64,000 nucleotides of DNA from Clostridia bacterium (GCA_009929695.1 RZZW01000011.1:159-64158), one strand, 5' to 3'. Shown: positions 8,753 through 19,014, counted from the stretch's first letter. Notes: generated from the sequence alone by a model not told the origin. Numbers and translations are program-made.

Positions 8753-10051
8753 ATGGACACAATTGAGCGTGCCATTATTGCGGCTGTTGATGAAAACAGG
8801 TCGGCTTTGATTGCGTTTGCCAAGGATGTTGGGGCGCATGGGGAGGCGGGCTTTTTTGAGGATAGGACGGCGAAAAAGGCGGCGGAGTTTTTGGCGGGGC
8901 TGGGGCTTACAGTCAAGACAGGGCTTGCCAAAACAGGCTTAAAGGCTGTGCTTAATGAAGCAAAACCGCGCGTTGCCATTATTGCCGAGCTCGACGGAAT
9001 TTTGTGCCCTAAGCACCCCTTTGCAAACCCCGAAAACGGAATTTCACACGCGTGCGGGCACAATTTGCAGCTTTGCGCAATGCTTGGCGCGGCGGCGGCA
9101 CTTTCCATGCCAGAGGTTAGCGCGGCGCTTGACGGCAGTGTTGAATTTCTTGCTGTGCCCGCGGAGGAATACGTGGCTTCACGCATACGCAAAACGCTTA
9201 AAGAGACTGACGACATACAGTTTTGCAGCGGCAAGAGTGAGCTTTTAAGGCGCGGCGAATTTGACGATGCCGACATAGCGCTGACTGACCACGTACATAT
9301 GATACCGTGCGATGAATACCTGCTTGCGGGCAATGTGGCGTGCAACGGCTTTGTGTGCAAAACGGTGCGCATACACGGCAAAGCGGCGCACGCGGCAACT
9401 GCACCGTTTGACGGCATAAACGCTTTAAACGCGGCGGCGCTTGCCATTTCGGCAATAGGTATGCTGCGCGAGACGTTTCGCGAAGAAGATACAATCCGCG
9501 TTCACACAAACCTCATCGACGGCGGCAAGGCGCTCAATGTTGTGCCTGATTTAGCGGTTGTTGAGCTGCAAATACGCGCGAATAACATTGCGGCGCTTGA
9601 TAAAGTATGCGCCGACATTGACCGCGTGTTTAACGTCTGTGCCTCGGCGCTTGGCGCGACGGCTGAAATAATAACCGAACAGGGCTACATGCCTGTGCGC
9701 CCGATGGCGGCAAGCGAAGCGACACTTAAAGCCGCCGAGACGCTTGGCATAAAAAGCGTAAAATGCCAATCGCCCGAAATGCGAAATATGGCGAGCACCG
9801 ACGTTGGAGATTTGACACAGGTGTTGCCTGTTATAAACTATACACACGGCGGCGTGTGCGGCTCTTTACACTCGGCAGATTTTGCCGTGACGGACGAAGA
9901 AATGGCGTATATTATGCCCGCGAAGCTTTTTGCATTATCGGCGTACTACCTTTTAAAGGACGGCGCGCAGCTTGCCAAAAAGACAATGGCGGACTTTGAG
10001 CCTGCGATGACAACGCAGCAATATGTTGACAAAGTAAAGGAGCAGATGTAG
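8753..10051 (+). CDS. M20-family amidohydrolase (AbgB / aminoacylase-like)
   Basis: 432-aa ORF with the HACGHN metal-binding motif and a dimerisation-domain-length insert. RBS AAGGGGG lies upstream. Confidence 0.75.
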   Translation: MDTIERAIIAAVDENRSALIAFAKDVGAHGEAGFFEDRTAKKAAEFLAGLGLTVKTGLAKTGLKAVLNEAKPRVAIIAELDGILCPKHPFANPENGISHACGHNLQLCAMLGAAAALSMPEVSAALDGSVEFLAVPAEEYVASRIRKTLKETDDIQFCSGKSELLRRGEFDDADIALTDHVHMIPCDEYLLAGNVACNGFVCKTVRIHGKAAHAATAPFDGINALNAAALAISAIGMLRETFREEDTIRVHTNLIDGGKALNVVPDLAVVELQIRANNIAALDKVCADIDRVFNVCASALGATAEIITEQGYMPVRPMAASEATLKAAETLGIKSVKCQSPEMRNMASTDVGDLTQVLPVINYTHGGVCGSLHSADFAVTDEEMAYIMPAKLFALSAYYLLKDGAQLAKKTMADFEPAMTTQQYVDKVKEQM

Positions 10052-10912
10052 ATGGCACAGCGTATTTGTTTTTTGGGGCGCGGCGGCAGCGGAAAGAGCA
10101 CCGTTGCGCAAAATTTATGCCACGCGCTGGCGCAAAAGGGCTATCACGTGCTACTTGTGGGCAATGATATTTCCCTTTCGTCAACTGTTTTGCTTCGCGG
10201 CGAGGCGGATATTCAGCCCGCGCTTGAAGATTACCGCGAGCATTATGAGATAGATTTAAACGACTACGTTATTACCACGCAGAGCGGCGTTTATTGCTTA
10301 GAGCTTGGCAGCATTGACCCCGGCGTCGGCTGCATGGCGCGCGGCGTGAGCCTTATTGACGAAATGCTCGACACGCAGGGCGTGAACGCCAATTTGCAGA
10401 TTGACTACATATTTTACGATATGTCCGGCGAGACACCGTGCACAGGCTATGTGCTGCCGATACGCGAGGGCGTTATGCAGCGGTGCATCATAGTGACAAA
10501 CGGCAGCTTTGCGGCGGTGACGACGGCAAACAGCCTTTTGCAGGCGATAGTTCGCGCGTCCGGCACTGACACCTTTCCCGTGCAATTGATAGTTAACAAC
10601 GCCGGCACGCGCGAGACTCGAGACGAGCTTGCGAGCTATGCACAGCGCGCGACGATTGAAATTTTGGCACATCTTGACTACGACAGAGAGCTTGAATACG
10701 CCTCGCTCGCGGGCAGAACGGCGTTCAGCGTAAACCCCGATTCAAGCGCATCGAAGCTGTTTTCACAGATTGCAGACGATTTGCTTTGCGGCGCAATACC
10801 CACGCGACTCACGCCTATCCCCCGCCGCGAGCTTATAACATGGCTGCGCGGTTGGCAGCGCCGAGAGCTTGAGCGCAAGCTTTTGACGTTGGAGGGAGCG
10901 CGCGATGTATGA
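10052..10912 (+). CDS. Divergent NifH/BchL-family (SIMIBI) ATPase with both 4Fe-4S-ligand cysteines
   Basis: P-loop GRGGSGKST. GVGCMARG aligns with NifH GVGCAGRG, and YDMSGETPCTGYVLPIREG aligns with YDVLGDVVCGGFAMPIREN. ATG abuts the TAG of the upstream gene, and the 3-prime end overlaps the next gene by 8 nt. Confidence 0.7.
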   Translation: MAQRICFLGRGGSGKSTVAQNLCHALAQKGYHVLLVGNDISLSSTVLLRGEADIQPALEDYREHYEIDLNDYVITTQSGVYCLELGSIDPGVGCMARGVSLIDEMLDTQGVNANLQIDYIFYDMSGETPCTGYVLPIREGVMQRCIIVTNGSFAAVTTANSLLQAIVRASGTDTFPVQLIVNNAGTRETRDELASYAQRATIEILAHLDYDRELEYASLAGRTAFSVNPDSSASKLFSQIADDLLCGAIPTRLTPIPRRELITWLRGWQRRELERKLLTLEGARDV

Positions 10913-12257
10913 TGTCACCTTTGAAAACGGACTTGTCATCGACGTGCGCGGCAAAACCTCGCGCATTGCAAATGTAGCTGTAAAAAACGGCGTTATAGCG
11001 GAGATTTCGGCGCGTGAGCTGCCCGCAAAACGCACGATAGACGCGTCAGGGCTTGTCGTCGCGCCCGGCTTTATCGACCCTCACTCGCACCTTGACGGCA
11101 TGCCCTACGCGGGGCAGCTTTCGGCCTTGCAGGGCATAACGACTATCGTCGGCGGCAACTGCGGGCTTTCGCCTGTTGACATGGCGGCGTTTTTTGACGA
11201 GCAGGACAAGCGCGGCTATGTGCTCAATCAGCTCATGTGCGTGGGACACAGCTTCAGTTTACGACGGCACGTCAGCGTGACCGACCACGACGCTCACGCG
11301 GGCGCGGCGCAGACTGACGCTATGGCGCGCCTTGCGAGAAAAGCGCTTGACGACGGCGCGTGCGGCGTGTCGCTTGGGCTTGACTACGCCCCGGGCACCT
11401 CGCTTGCCGAGATAGACGCAATGGCGCAGGCGGCGGCGGAATACGGGCGCGTACTCAGCGTGCACACGCGGCTTTTCACGCAAAACGACCTCTACTCGCT
11501 GTATGAAATGCTCGCGGCGTCAAAGCGCGCGAACGTGCGTCTGTTATTCAGCCATTTTGTGTATCAGTACAGCGGTTTCGGCACGATGGAGCCTGCGATT
11601 GACGTCATAAACACGGCGCGAGAGAGCGGGCTTGACGTGTGGACGGACACCGGAATGTACACCGACTGGGCGACTGGCATAAGCACCGCGACGTTTGACG
11701 AGCAGACGATAAAGGACAATTCTCTGCGATTTGGAGACATGGTTGTCGCGACAGGAAAATACACAGGTCAGCGCCTCAACCGCGATTTATATATGCTATT
11801 GCGCAAAAAATATCCCGACACCTCCGTGATATGCTTCACGGGCTGGGCGGAGGAAATTTACGCCGCAATGAAGCAGCCGTATGCCATGCCGAGCACCGAC
11901 GCGGCGGAGTATGCAAAGGGCGAGGGGCACCCGCAGATAGCGGGGAGCTTCCCGAAATATCTTCGCGAAATGGTGCGCGAGCAGAAGCTTATCTCGCTTG
12001 AAGAGGCCGTTTACAAGGCGACGCTTTTGCCCGCAGAGGTGTTTAAAATACCACAGCGCGGCGTGCTTGAAGAGGGCTATGCCGCCGACATAACTGTTTT
12101 TGACATAAACACAGTAGCCGAGCTTGCCGCCATGCCCGACATCGGCGAGCCGGACGCGCCGCCAAGAGGCATACCGTATGTCATGGTGAACGGCGAGCTG
12201 GCAGTTGACAGCGGCGAATACATGCACACGCTGTCGGGCAGGACAATAAGATACTAA
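10905..12257 (+). CDS. Amidohydrolase-superfamily protein, D-aminoacylase (N-acyl-D-amino-acid deacylase)-like
   Basis: 450-aa ORF with N-terminal beta-sandwich pattern (VTFENGLVIDVRGK) and the GFIDPHSHLDG metal-binding HxH motif. Confidence 0.75.
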   Translation: MYDVTFENGLVIDVRGKTSRIANVAVKNGVIAEISARELPAKRTIDASGLVVAPGFIDPHSHLDGMPYAGQLSALQGITTIVGGNCGLSPVDMAAFFDEQDKRGYVLNQLMCVGHSFSLRRHVSVTDHDAHAGAAQTDAMARLARKALDDGACGVSLGLDYAPGTSLAEIDAMAQAAAEYGRVLSVHTRLFTQNDLYSLYEMLAASKRANVRLLFSHFVYQYSGFGTMEPAIDVINTARESGLDVWTDTGMYTDWATGISTATFDEQTIKDNSLRFGDMVVATGKYTGQRLNRDLYMLLRKKYPDTSVICFTGWAEEIYAAMKQPYAMPSTDAAEYAKGEGHPQIAGSFPKYLREMVREQKLISLEEAVYKATLLPAEVFKIPQRGVLEEGYAADITVFDINTVAELAAMPDIGEPDAPPRGIPYVMVNGELAVDSGEYMHTLSGRTIRY

Positions 12258-12460
12258 AATTATTTTATAATTTCTGCGGCAATCACATTCTAATGGTTTG
12301 CAGCTTTCCTGTCATTCTGAGCGAAGCGAAGAATCTTAAAACCTACGATAACGCGCAAAAGATTCTTCGCTTCGCTCAGAATGACAGGGTGTGCTACCCA
12401 TTAAAATGTGCCGTTGCTGCGGCACTCCTTAATTCTTCCGTTTTCACTTTTTTAACAAAA
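12258..12460. repeat. Composite nested palindrome containing a 25-bp perfect inverted repeat (family A)
   Basis: gtcattctgagcgaagcgaagaatc (12311-12335) and its exact reverse complement (12361-12385). Flanked by cacattctaatgg / ccattaaaatgtg and the small hairpin gtgccgttgctgcggcac. Confidence 0.9.
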
Positions 12461-12477
12461 TAAATACCGCAAAAGCA

Positions 12478-12506
12478 TTGAAAGTGTGCAAACAATCTAA
12501 TATAAT
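12478..12506 (+). promoter_or_regulatory. Sigma-70-type promoter candidate for the broken hybrid kinase
   Basis: TTGAAA (12478-12483), a 17-nt spacer, then TATAAT (12501-12506). Confidence 0.5.
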
Positions 12507-12537
12507 TACATTATATAAAGTGGTTTACTATGACGCG

Positions 12538-12617
12538 CCGTAGGGCGGGGGGCTTGCTCCCGCCGTTGCAAAGCGTATGCCGCAAGTTTCGGCGGAAGCA
12601 AGCCCCCGCCCTACGGT
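12538..12617. repeat. REPIN-like inverted doublet (family E, GTAGGGCGGGGG head)
   Basis: ccgtagggcggggggcttgctcccgcc (12538-12564) and ggcggaagcaagcccccgccctacgg (12591-12617). A second copy lies at 49115-49191. Confidence 0.85.
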
Positions 12618-12664
12618 GTACCGTGAATTTATGAGGGCGGGCAAAGTGTGTAGGAGAGATTTTG

Positions 12665-15600
12665 ATGGACGATAAAAAGATAATGCTTATTGCGGACGAC
12701 ACGCAGACGGGGCGCGAGCTTTTGGCAAGCTTTTTAGTGAAGACTACGAAATAATTTACGCCTGCGACGGCGAAGAGACTGTCAAGCTTATCGAAAAATA
12801 ATCAAGCAAAATCGCAATGGTGCTGCTTGACATAATAATGCCTATGATGGACGGCATCGAGGTGCTGAAGTGGCTGTCAGCCTCGAAATATAACGGCATA
12901 CCTGTCATTGCTGTGACGGCGGAGCCTAGCTATCAGCTTGAGGCGCTTGAAAACGGCGCGTGGGACTTCATTGCAAAGCCTGTTGCAAGCAGCATAATAA
13001 AAGCTCGCGTGAACAACGTGCTCAGCCGCTGTACCTTTGAGAGAATACGCGACGACATGGGTGCCCCGCTCACTCCCGCGACATTTCAGCGGCTTTTGAG
13101 CATGACGGAGCTTTACAGCTGCCTTGTGAGCGAGAGCCAAAGCGCAATTTACGTCAGCGGCACAGACACCTATGACTTTTTGTTTATAAACGACGCCGGC
13201 CTCTCGTGGCTTGGCAAGGACGGCAAAAATTATTCCGGCAAAAATGCTATGAGTTTTTATTTAACCGCACGTCTCCGTGCGAATTTTGCCGAATAAATGA
13301 CATGAACTCAGAAAGCTTTCTTGAGCGCGATTATTTCTATCCGCGCACAGGGCGCACATATTTTATGCGCGGAAAACGAACGCAGTGGAACGGCATAAAC
13401 GCGCATGTGGAATATCTGCTTGACGTGACGGAAAACCGCAACGCCATGCGCGAAAACGCAAAGCTGACGCAGCAGCTGACATTAAATCAGCTAATGTACG
13501 AGGTGGCCATAAAAAGCTCCGGCATAAACATTTGGGAATACGACATACAAAACGACTCGCTTTTTGTGGTGTCAAACTCGCAGAGAATAAAGCAAAACTG
13601 CTTTCACATCGAAAACTACATCGAGTCCACAATTAAAAACGGATATGTGCGAGAGGACAGCATAGCCACCTTCCGCAGCATATTCACCCGTCTGCAAAAC
13701 GGAGAGCGCGAGATAACCGAGGACATTTGGTATAAGACGACAGACGAGCTTGGCTGGTGGTGCGAGCGCGTGACATACACCGCTTGCTTTGACGAAAACG
13801 GCAAGCCGCTTAAGGCGTTTGGCGCGGGCAGAGACGTCACTCGCGAAAAGGAAGCCGAGAAAAAGTTCTACGAGGAGATGTCGTACCGCGAAGCGCTGCA
13901 AAGCGGCAACTTGGCATCCATAAAAATAAATCTCACAAAAAACCTAGTCATAGAATGTTCAAGCCCGTTTAAAACGGTGAAAAAGCTTTCAAACGCGACG
14001 GCCGATGAATATTTTAGCAAGACGGCCTCGTATATGTCGCACAAGTCAATGCGCAAGGCGTTTTCAAAGCTGTTTAACCGCGCCATGCTTTTAAATAAAT
14101 TTAACACGGGCGAATACGTTGTGACGCTTGACGCAACGCGCGCGTTTGACACGCAAAAGGTGTACTGGATAAACTACACCGTGCACCTTATGAAAAATCC
14201 TGACAGCAACGATATTTTTGCATATGTGAGCTCCACAGACATCACGCACGAAAAGGTGATGCAGACGATAATATCGACTGTCGCTAAAACAGACTACGAC
14301 TTTTTTTGTCGTTGTGAACGGCAGCACAAATTCAGCGCTTGACTACGGCGTTGACGACGCACACCATCTTTTTTGCGAAGACGAAAACTTTGAAGAGCGA
14401 AACGAGGCTCACATAAGAGGCTGCGTTTGCCCCGAGGATGTTGAGCGCGTTGTTGAGGAATGCAAGATAGACACCGTTTGGAAAAACCTCGATAACGACG
14501 GCGTGCGCAAGCTAAATTTCAGCATGCGCGATAAAAACGGCGAGATACGCCGCAAGCAATTGCAGCTCACGCTCATCGACAAATCGCGCAAGACCTTTTT
14601 GATGACGCGCATCGACGTAAACAATATTTATGTTGAGCAGGAAAACGCAAAAAAGCGCCTGCTTGAAGCGCTTAACGCCGCCGAGCAGGCGAGCAAGGTA
14701 AAGACGGACTTCCTCGCGCGCATGAGCCACGATATCCGCACGCCGATGAACGCGGTTATCTGCCTTGCAAATTTAGGGCAGACATATCCTGACATCGACG
14801 AGACGCACGACTGCCTTAAAAAAATAGAGGCGTCGGGGCAATATCTTTTGGCGATAATAAACGATGTTTTAAATTTGAGCAAAATGGAGAGCCAGACAAT
14901 CATTTTTCACCCGACAGTTGTGCGCCTGCAAGACTTTATACGCGAGACGCTCGCGATAGTTATGCCGAGCGCCAACGAAAAAGCCTTGCGCGTTGATGTG
15001 AAGCAGATAGGCATAACGAGCAAATATGTGAAGCTTGACACCACATATACGCGTCAGGTGGCTGTGAATCTTTTGTCAAACGCCATCAAATTTACGCCGC
15101 ACGGCGGGCTTGTTCAAATTATTTTTGAAAACATTTCACGCGAGGGCAAATTTGTCCGCGGGAAGATGATTGTAAAGGACAACGGCGTGGGCATAAGCCG
15201 CGAATTTTTGCCGAGGGTGTTTGCGCCCTTTGAGCAGGAAAATGCACAGGACGACGCGGGGCGGCAGGGCACAGGGCTAGGGCTGTCCATCGTAAAAAAC
15301 ATCGTCGAGCAGATGGGCGGCACTGTGAGCGTTGAGAGCGAAAAGGGCAAGGGCACGGCGTTCACCGTTTAATGGTCGCTTGAAGTGGCGGACGAGAACG
15401 AGTTTGAGGGGGCGTCACCGCAAATCGCCGCGCGGCTTGCATCTTTGGCAGGCAAACGCGTGCTGCTTGTGGAGGATCACCCGCTGAACACCGAGATAGC
15501 AAGAAAGCTGCTCGAGCGCGAAAAAATGCTCGTTGAGGACACAGCTAACGGCAAAGAGGCCGTCGAGCGCTTTGAGGCGTCCGAAACAGGCTATTACGAC

Positions 15601-15828
15601 GCGATTTTAATGGACATCCGCATGCCTGTGATGAACGGCCTAGACGCGGCAAAAGCAATAAGAGCACTGCCCCGCCCCGACGCGGCGACAGTGCCCATAA
15701 TAGCCATGACCGCCAACGCCTTTGACGAGGACGTCAAAACCACTCTCGAATCCGGCATGAACGCTCATTTGTCAAAGCCGATAGAGCCAAATGTGATGTA
15801 CGATACCTTGAGCAGATTTATTAAATAA
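12665..15828 (+). pseudogene. Hybrid PAS sensor histidine kinase with N- and C-terminal receiver domains, disrupted by three frameshifts and two in-frame TAA
   Basis: Domains present: REC (MDDKKIMLIADD ... DIIMPMMDG), PAS repeats, H-box FLARMSHDIRTPMNAV, HATPase GTGLGLSIVKNIVEQMGG, and a second REC (DAILMDIRMPVMNG). Frame breaks at the T5 run 12731-12735, A5 run 13240-13244 and T7 run 14301-14307. In-frame TAA at 12799-12801 and 15370-15372. Paralogue of 23206..26544. Confidence 0.85.
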
Positions 15829-15860
15829 CACATACTATATAGAAACGGAGGGCGGCTGAT

Positions 15861-16856
15861 ATGACAAGCATTTATTTGGTCACAGGCGCGGCGGGGCATC
15901 TCGGCGGCGTGATAACGCAAAGCTTACTAGCGCGCGGCGAAAGCGTTCGGGTGCTTGTTTTGCCTAATGAAAAAGCAGTGCTGCCCGACGGCGCGGAGGT
16001 TTTTGAGGGCGATGTGCGCGATATTGACTCTCTGCGCGGCTTTTTTACAGCCAGCGGGTATGACAAGGTTATTGTGCTGCACTGCGCGGGAATTGTGACT
16101 ATACAGTCCGGTCTTGGCAAAAAGGTCATAGACGTGAACGCGGGCGGCACGGCGAATATTATACGGCTGTGCATGGAAAAACGCATTGACAAGCTTGTAT
16201 ATGTAAGCTCTGTGCACACCATTAAAGAGCAGCCCGAGGGGACAATAATAGCCGAGACTGATATATTTAAAGCGCGTGACGTCGCGGGCATTTACGCAAA
16301 GACAAAGGCGTGCGCGACGGCTATGGCGCTAAAAGCCGCGCGGCACGGGCTCGACGTGAGCGTGGTGCACCCGTCGGGGATAATAGGCCCGCAAGACACA
16401 AGCGGCAACAACCATTTGACAAAAATGATTAAGGATTTTTGCGGCGGCAGGTTGCCTGCGGGGCTTAAGGGCGGGTATGATTTTGTGGACGTTCGCGACG
16501 TGGCGGACGGCGTTATAGCGTGTGCACAGCGCGGAAAAAGCGGCGAATGCTATATTTTATCTGGACATTACGCGACGATAAAAGAGCTTTTTGCGCTGCT
16601 TGAAAAGGTGTCGGGTGCAAAAGCGCCGCAGACATATCTGCCTCTGCCCGCCGCAATGCTTTTCGCCCTCGGCGCGGAGCTGACGGCAAAAATAGCGCAC
16701 AAAAAGCCGCTTTACACCGCATATTCAATCTACACCCTAGGCACAAACGCCCGCTTTTCACACGAGAAAGCAAGCAAAGAGCTAGGCTACTCCCCTCGCC
16801 CGCTTGAGGAAACGCTGCGGGATACGGTTGCGTGGATTAATGAGAATCAAACATAA
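15861..16856 (+). CDS. NAD(P)-dependent epimerase/dehydratase-family SDR (dihydroflavonol/cinnamoyl-CoA reductase-like)
   Basis: 331-aa ORF with N-terminal VTGAAGHLGG Rossmann motif and a YxxxK-type region (YAKTK). RBS GGAGGG. Confidence 0.75.
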   Translation: MTSIYLVTGAAGHLGGVITQSLLARGESVRVLVLPNEKAVLPDGAEVFEGDVRDIDSLRGFFTASGYDKVIVLHCAGIVTIQSGLGKKVIDVNAGGTANIIRLCMEKRIDKLVYVSSVHTIKEQPEGTIIAETDIFKARDVAGIYAKTKACATAMALKAARHGLDVSVVHPSGIIGPQDTSGNNHLTKMIKDFCGGRLPAGLKGGYDFVDVRDVADGVIACAQRGKSGECYILSGHYATIKELFALLEKVSGAKAPQTYLPLPAAMLFALGAELTAKIAHKKPLYTAYSIYTLGTNARFSHEKASKELGYSPRPLEETLRDTVAWINENQT

Positions 16857-16915
16857 ACAACGCCGCTGTTGCGGTGTTTGAAAGCACAGAGCCCACGCAT
16901 TTTTTGTAAAATTAA

Positions 16916-16955
16916 AATAGCTGTTCAGATACATCTGAACAGCTATTTGTTTTAT
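16916..16955. terminator. Bidirectional hairpin terminator between convergent genes
   Basis: aatagctgttcaga / tgaacagctatt stem with loop tacatc. Flanked by an A-run upstream and tgtttt downstream. Confidence 0.6.
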
Positions 16956-16959
16956 GTGA

Positions 16960-18879
16960 TTATATCGCGTTTGCGGCGTCGTAGGCGGTGCGGATGGCGT
17001 TGCCTATGTCGGCGGGGCGGGCGGCGCAGTCGCCTACTGAAACGACTTGCACGCCTGCGGCTTCGTATGCTGCTGTGTCAAACGCTGTGGCGTGTGCGCC
17101 GGCGGCCATGACTACAAAGTCACACTTAAAGCTTTGAGTGCCGTCTTTTGTTTTGCAGTTGACGGCTGTGGCGGTGATATCCGTGACTGTCGCGTCGGTG
17201 TGCCATGTCACGCCTTTTGCGTCAAATTCTTCCATGAGCGTCGGCAGGACGGTTATGCTTTCGCCTGTGGCGATTTTGTCGAGCATTTCGACAATGGTCA
17301 CCTTGCAGCCCTGTGCGGCGAGATATTCGGCTGTCTCGCACCCGACAAGGCCGCCACCTATGACGACTATTTCGCCAAACACGGACGTTTCACCCGCGAG
17401 CACGCTCCATGCGTCGCGGACGTTTTTGCCGTCTGCGCCTTTAATATGCGGCACAAAATTGTATGCGCCGACGGCGGCTATAACTGCGTCGGGATTCAAG
17501 GCAAGCACCTTTTCAGGTGTTGCGGCTTCGCCCAGGCGAAGTGTTATCGGCAGCGAGCACACGGCGTGAGATAAATCTTGTGTTGCGCGGCGAAGCTCGT
17601 CCTTGCGGGGCGGCACGGCGGCTAAATTCATCTGACCGCCGAGCGCGGCTGATTTTTCAAATAATGTGACTGTGTGACCCTTTAAGGCTGCGACACGCGC
17701 CGCCTCCATGCCTGCGGGGCCGCCGCCTATTACTACGACGTTTTTCTTGACATCGGCGGGCGTTATTTGGCGCGTTTGCTCATAGCCGTTTTCAGCGTTG
17801 AGGACGCAATTTAAAAACGCTCTGTTTTGGATATTGTCGGTGCAGCCCTTGTTGCACGAGATGCAGCGGCGGATGTCGCACGCTCTGCCGTTTGCAAGCT
17901 TTACGCCCCAGTCGGGGTCTGCGAGAAGCGGGCGACCGAGAGCGACGATATCGGCAAGGCCGTCCTCGACAATGTGCTCTGCCATGCTTACGTCAACTAT
18001 GCGGCCGACTGCGCTTACAGGTATGCCGACGGCTTTTTTGACCTTTGCGGCATACGGCACAAAGAAGCCGTAGGGCTGAACTCCCATCGGGGGGATTGTG
18101 TCCGCCATGTTGCCTGTGTGGTTGCCCTGTGCGACGTGAAGCATATCAACGCCCGCCGCTTCAAGACACTGTGCAAACCGAACAGCGTCGTCTGCGTTTA
18201 TGCCGCCTTTGCCGCGCTCGGGTGTGATAATCGAGAGCTTATAGTCGATGAGCATATCGGGGACTGCTTTGCGCAGCGCTTTTACAAATTCAAGTGCAAA
18301 GCGCGTGCGGTTTTCAAAGCTTCCGCCGTATTCGCCTTGGCGGTGGTTCATTTTGGGGCTGCAAAGTGCGCCGAGAAGCCTGTCGCCGTGGATTTCGATT
18401 GCGTCAACGCCCGCTTTTTGTGCGCGGACGGCGCATGCGACCATTTTGTCTAAGATCACGGCAAGCTGCTCTTTTGTCACCTCGTCTGTGAAGTGCATCA
18501 TGTCGTGGTGCATTTTGGCGCGCACCTCGTCCATTTTGCCCTGTGCCATCAAAGAGGCAAGCGCTTCGACGTCGTATTCAGGGTGGAAAATCTGCACCGC
18601 CAGCTTTGCGCCGTGCTTATGTACTGCGTCTGCAAGCGCGGCGAAGGACGGTATCTGCTCGTCTGAATGAAGGCGCGGCGTTGGGGAAAAGCTTGGGATT
18701 GGGTTTACGTCGCCGATGACTATATACGCCGCGCCGCCCTTTGCTATGCGCTTGTAAAACGCAAGGCTCTGCGGTGTGATGCTACCGTCGCGCCCCTCGT
18801 AGCCTGTTGTGAGCGGAGGGAACATGATGCGGTTTTTAAGTGTGACTTTGCCGACCGTGATTGGCTCGAGAATTTTCAT
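16960..18879 (-). CDS. Two-domain FMN/FAD enoate reductase (OYE-like NADH:flavin oxidoreductase fused to an FAD/NAD(P) domain; 2,4-dienoyl-CoA reductase family)
   Basis: 639-aa ORF. The N-terminal TIM-barrel OYE pattern is followed by a Cys cluster (CISCNKGC). Two GxGxxG folds (VIGGGPAGMEAA and VIGGGLVGCE). Confidence 0.8.
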   Translation of the reverse strand: MKILEPITVGKVTLKNRIMFPPLTTGYEGRDGSITPQSLAFYKRIAKGGAAYIVIGDVNPIPSFSPTPRLHSDEQIPSFAALADAVHKHGAKLAVQIFHPEYDVEALASLMAQGKMDEVRAKMHHDMMHFTDEVTKEQLAVILDKMVACAVRAQKAGVDAIEIHGDRLLGALCSPKMNHRQGEYGGSFENRTRFALEFVKALRKAVPDMLIDYKLSIITPERGKGGINADDAVRFAQCLEAAGVDMLHVAQGNHTGNMADTIPPMGVQPYGFFVPYAAKVKKAVGIPVSAVGRIVDVSMAEHIVEDGLADIVALGRPLLADPDWGVKLANGRACDIRRCISCNKGCTDNIQNRAFLNCVLNAENGYEQTRQITPADVKKNVVVIGGGPAGMEAARVAALKGHTVTLFEKSAALGGQMNLAAVPPRKDELRRATQDLSHAVCSLPITLRLGEAATPEKVLALNPDAVIAAVGAYNFVPHIKGADGKNVRDAWSVLAGETSVFGEIVVIGGGLVGCETAEYLAAQGCKVTIVEMLDKIATGESITVLPTLMEEFDAKGVTWHTDATVTDITATAVNCKTKDGTQSFKCDFVVMAAGAHATAFDTAAYEAAGVQVVSVGDCAARPADIGNAIRTAYDAANAI

Positions 18880-18922
18880 GATAATTACCTCTAAAAATAG
18901 CGCTTTCAGCCTTAACGCACTT

Positions 18923-18997
18923 TGTCATTCTGAGCAAAGCGAAGAATCTTATCCCTCGTTGTGGAAACTAAAGATTCTTCGCTGCGCTCAGAATGAC
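18923..18997. repeat. Family A inverted repeat (diverged copy)
   Basis: tgtcattctgagcaaagcgaagaatc and gattcttcgctgcgctcagaatgaca flank a 25-nt spacer. Lies between the esterase stop and the enoate reductase start. Confidence 0.85.
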
Positions 18998-19014
18998 ATG
19001 GTGGGCGCGGAGGC

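Noticed and set aside
8722-9447. Long antisense ORFs opposite real genes. Examples are 8722..9447, 17827..18453, 25744..26376, 36332..37129, 37239..37787, 45013..45768, 47347..47904 and 53278..54030.
   Set aside because: - Their composition is Arg/Ala/Cys/His-rich and low in complexity.
- They have no motifs.
- Each fully overlaps a gene with strong family signatures. This is expected shadow-ORF behaviour in GC-rich DNA.
10052-10912. Calling this gene nitrogenase iron protein (nifH).
   Set aside because: There are no nifDK/ENB genes in the window. The Walker A signature Lys and the switch I region are altered, and the operon partners are hydrolases. It is annotated only as NifH-family-like.
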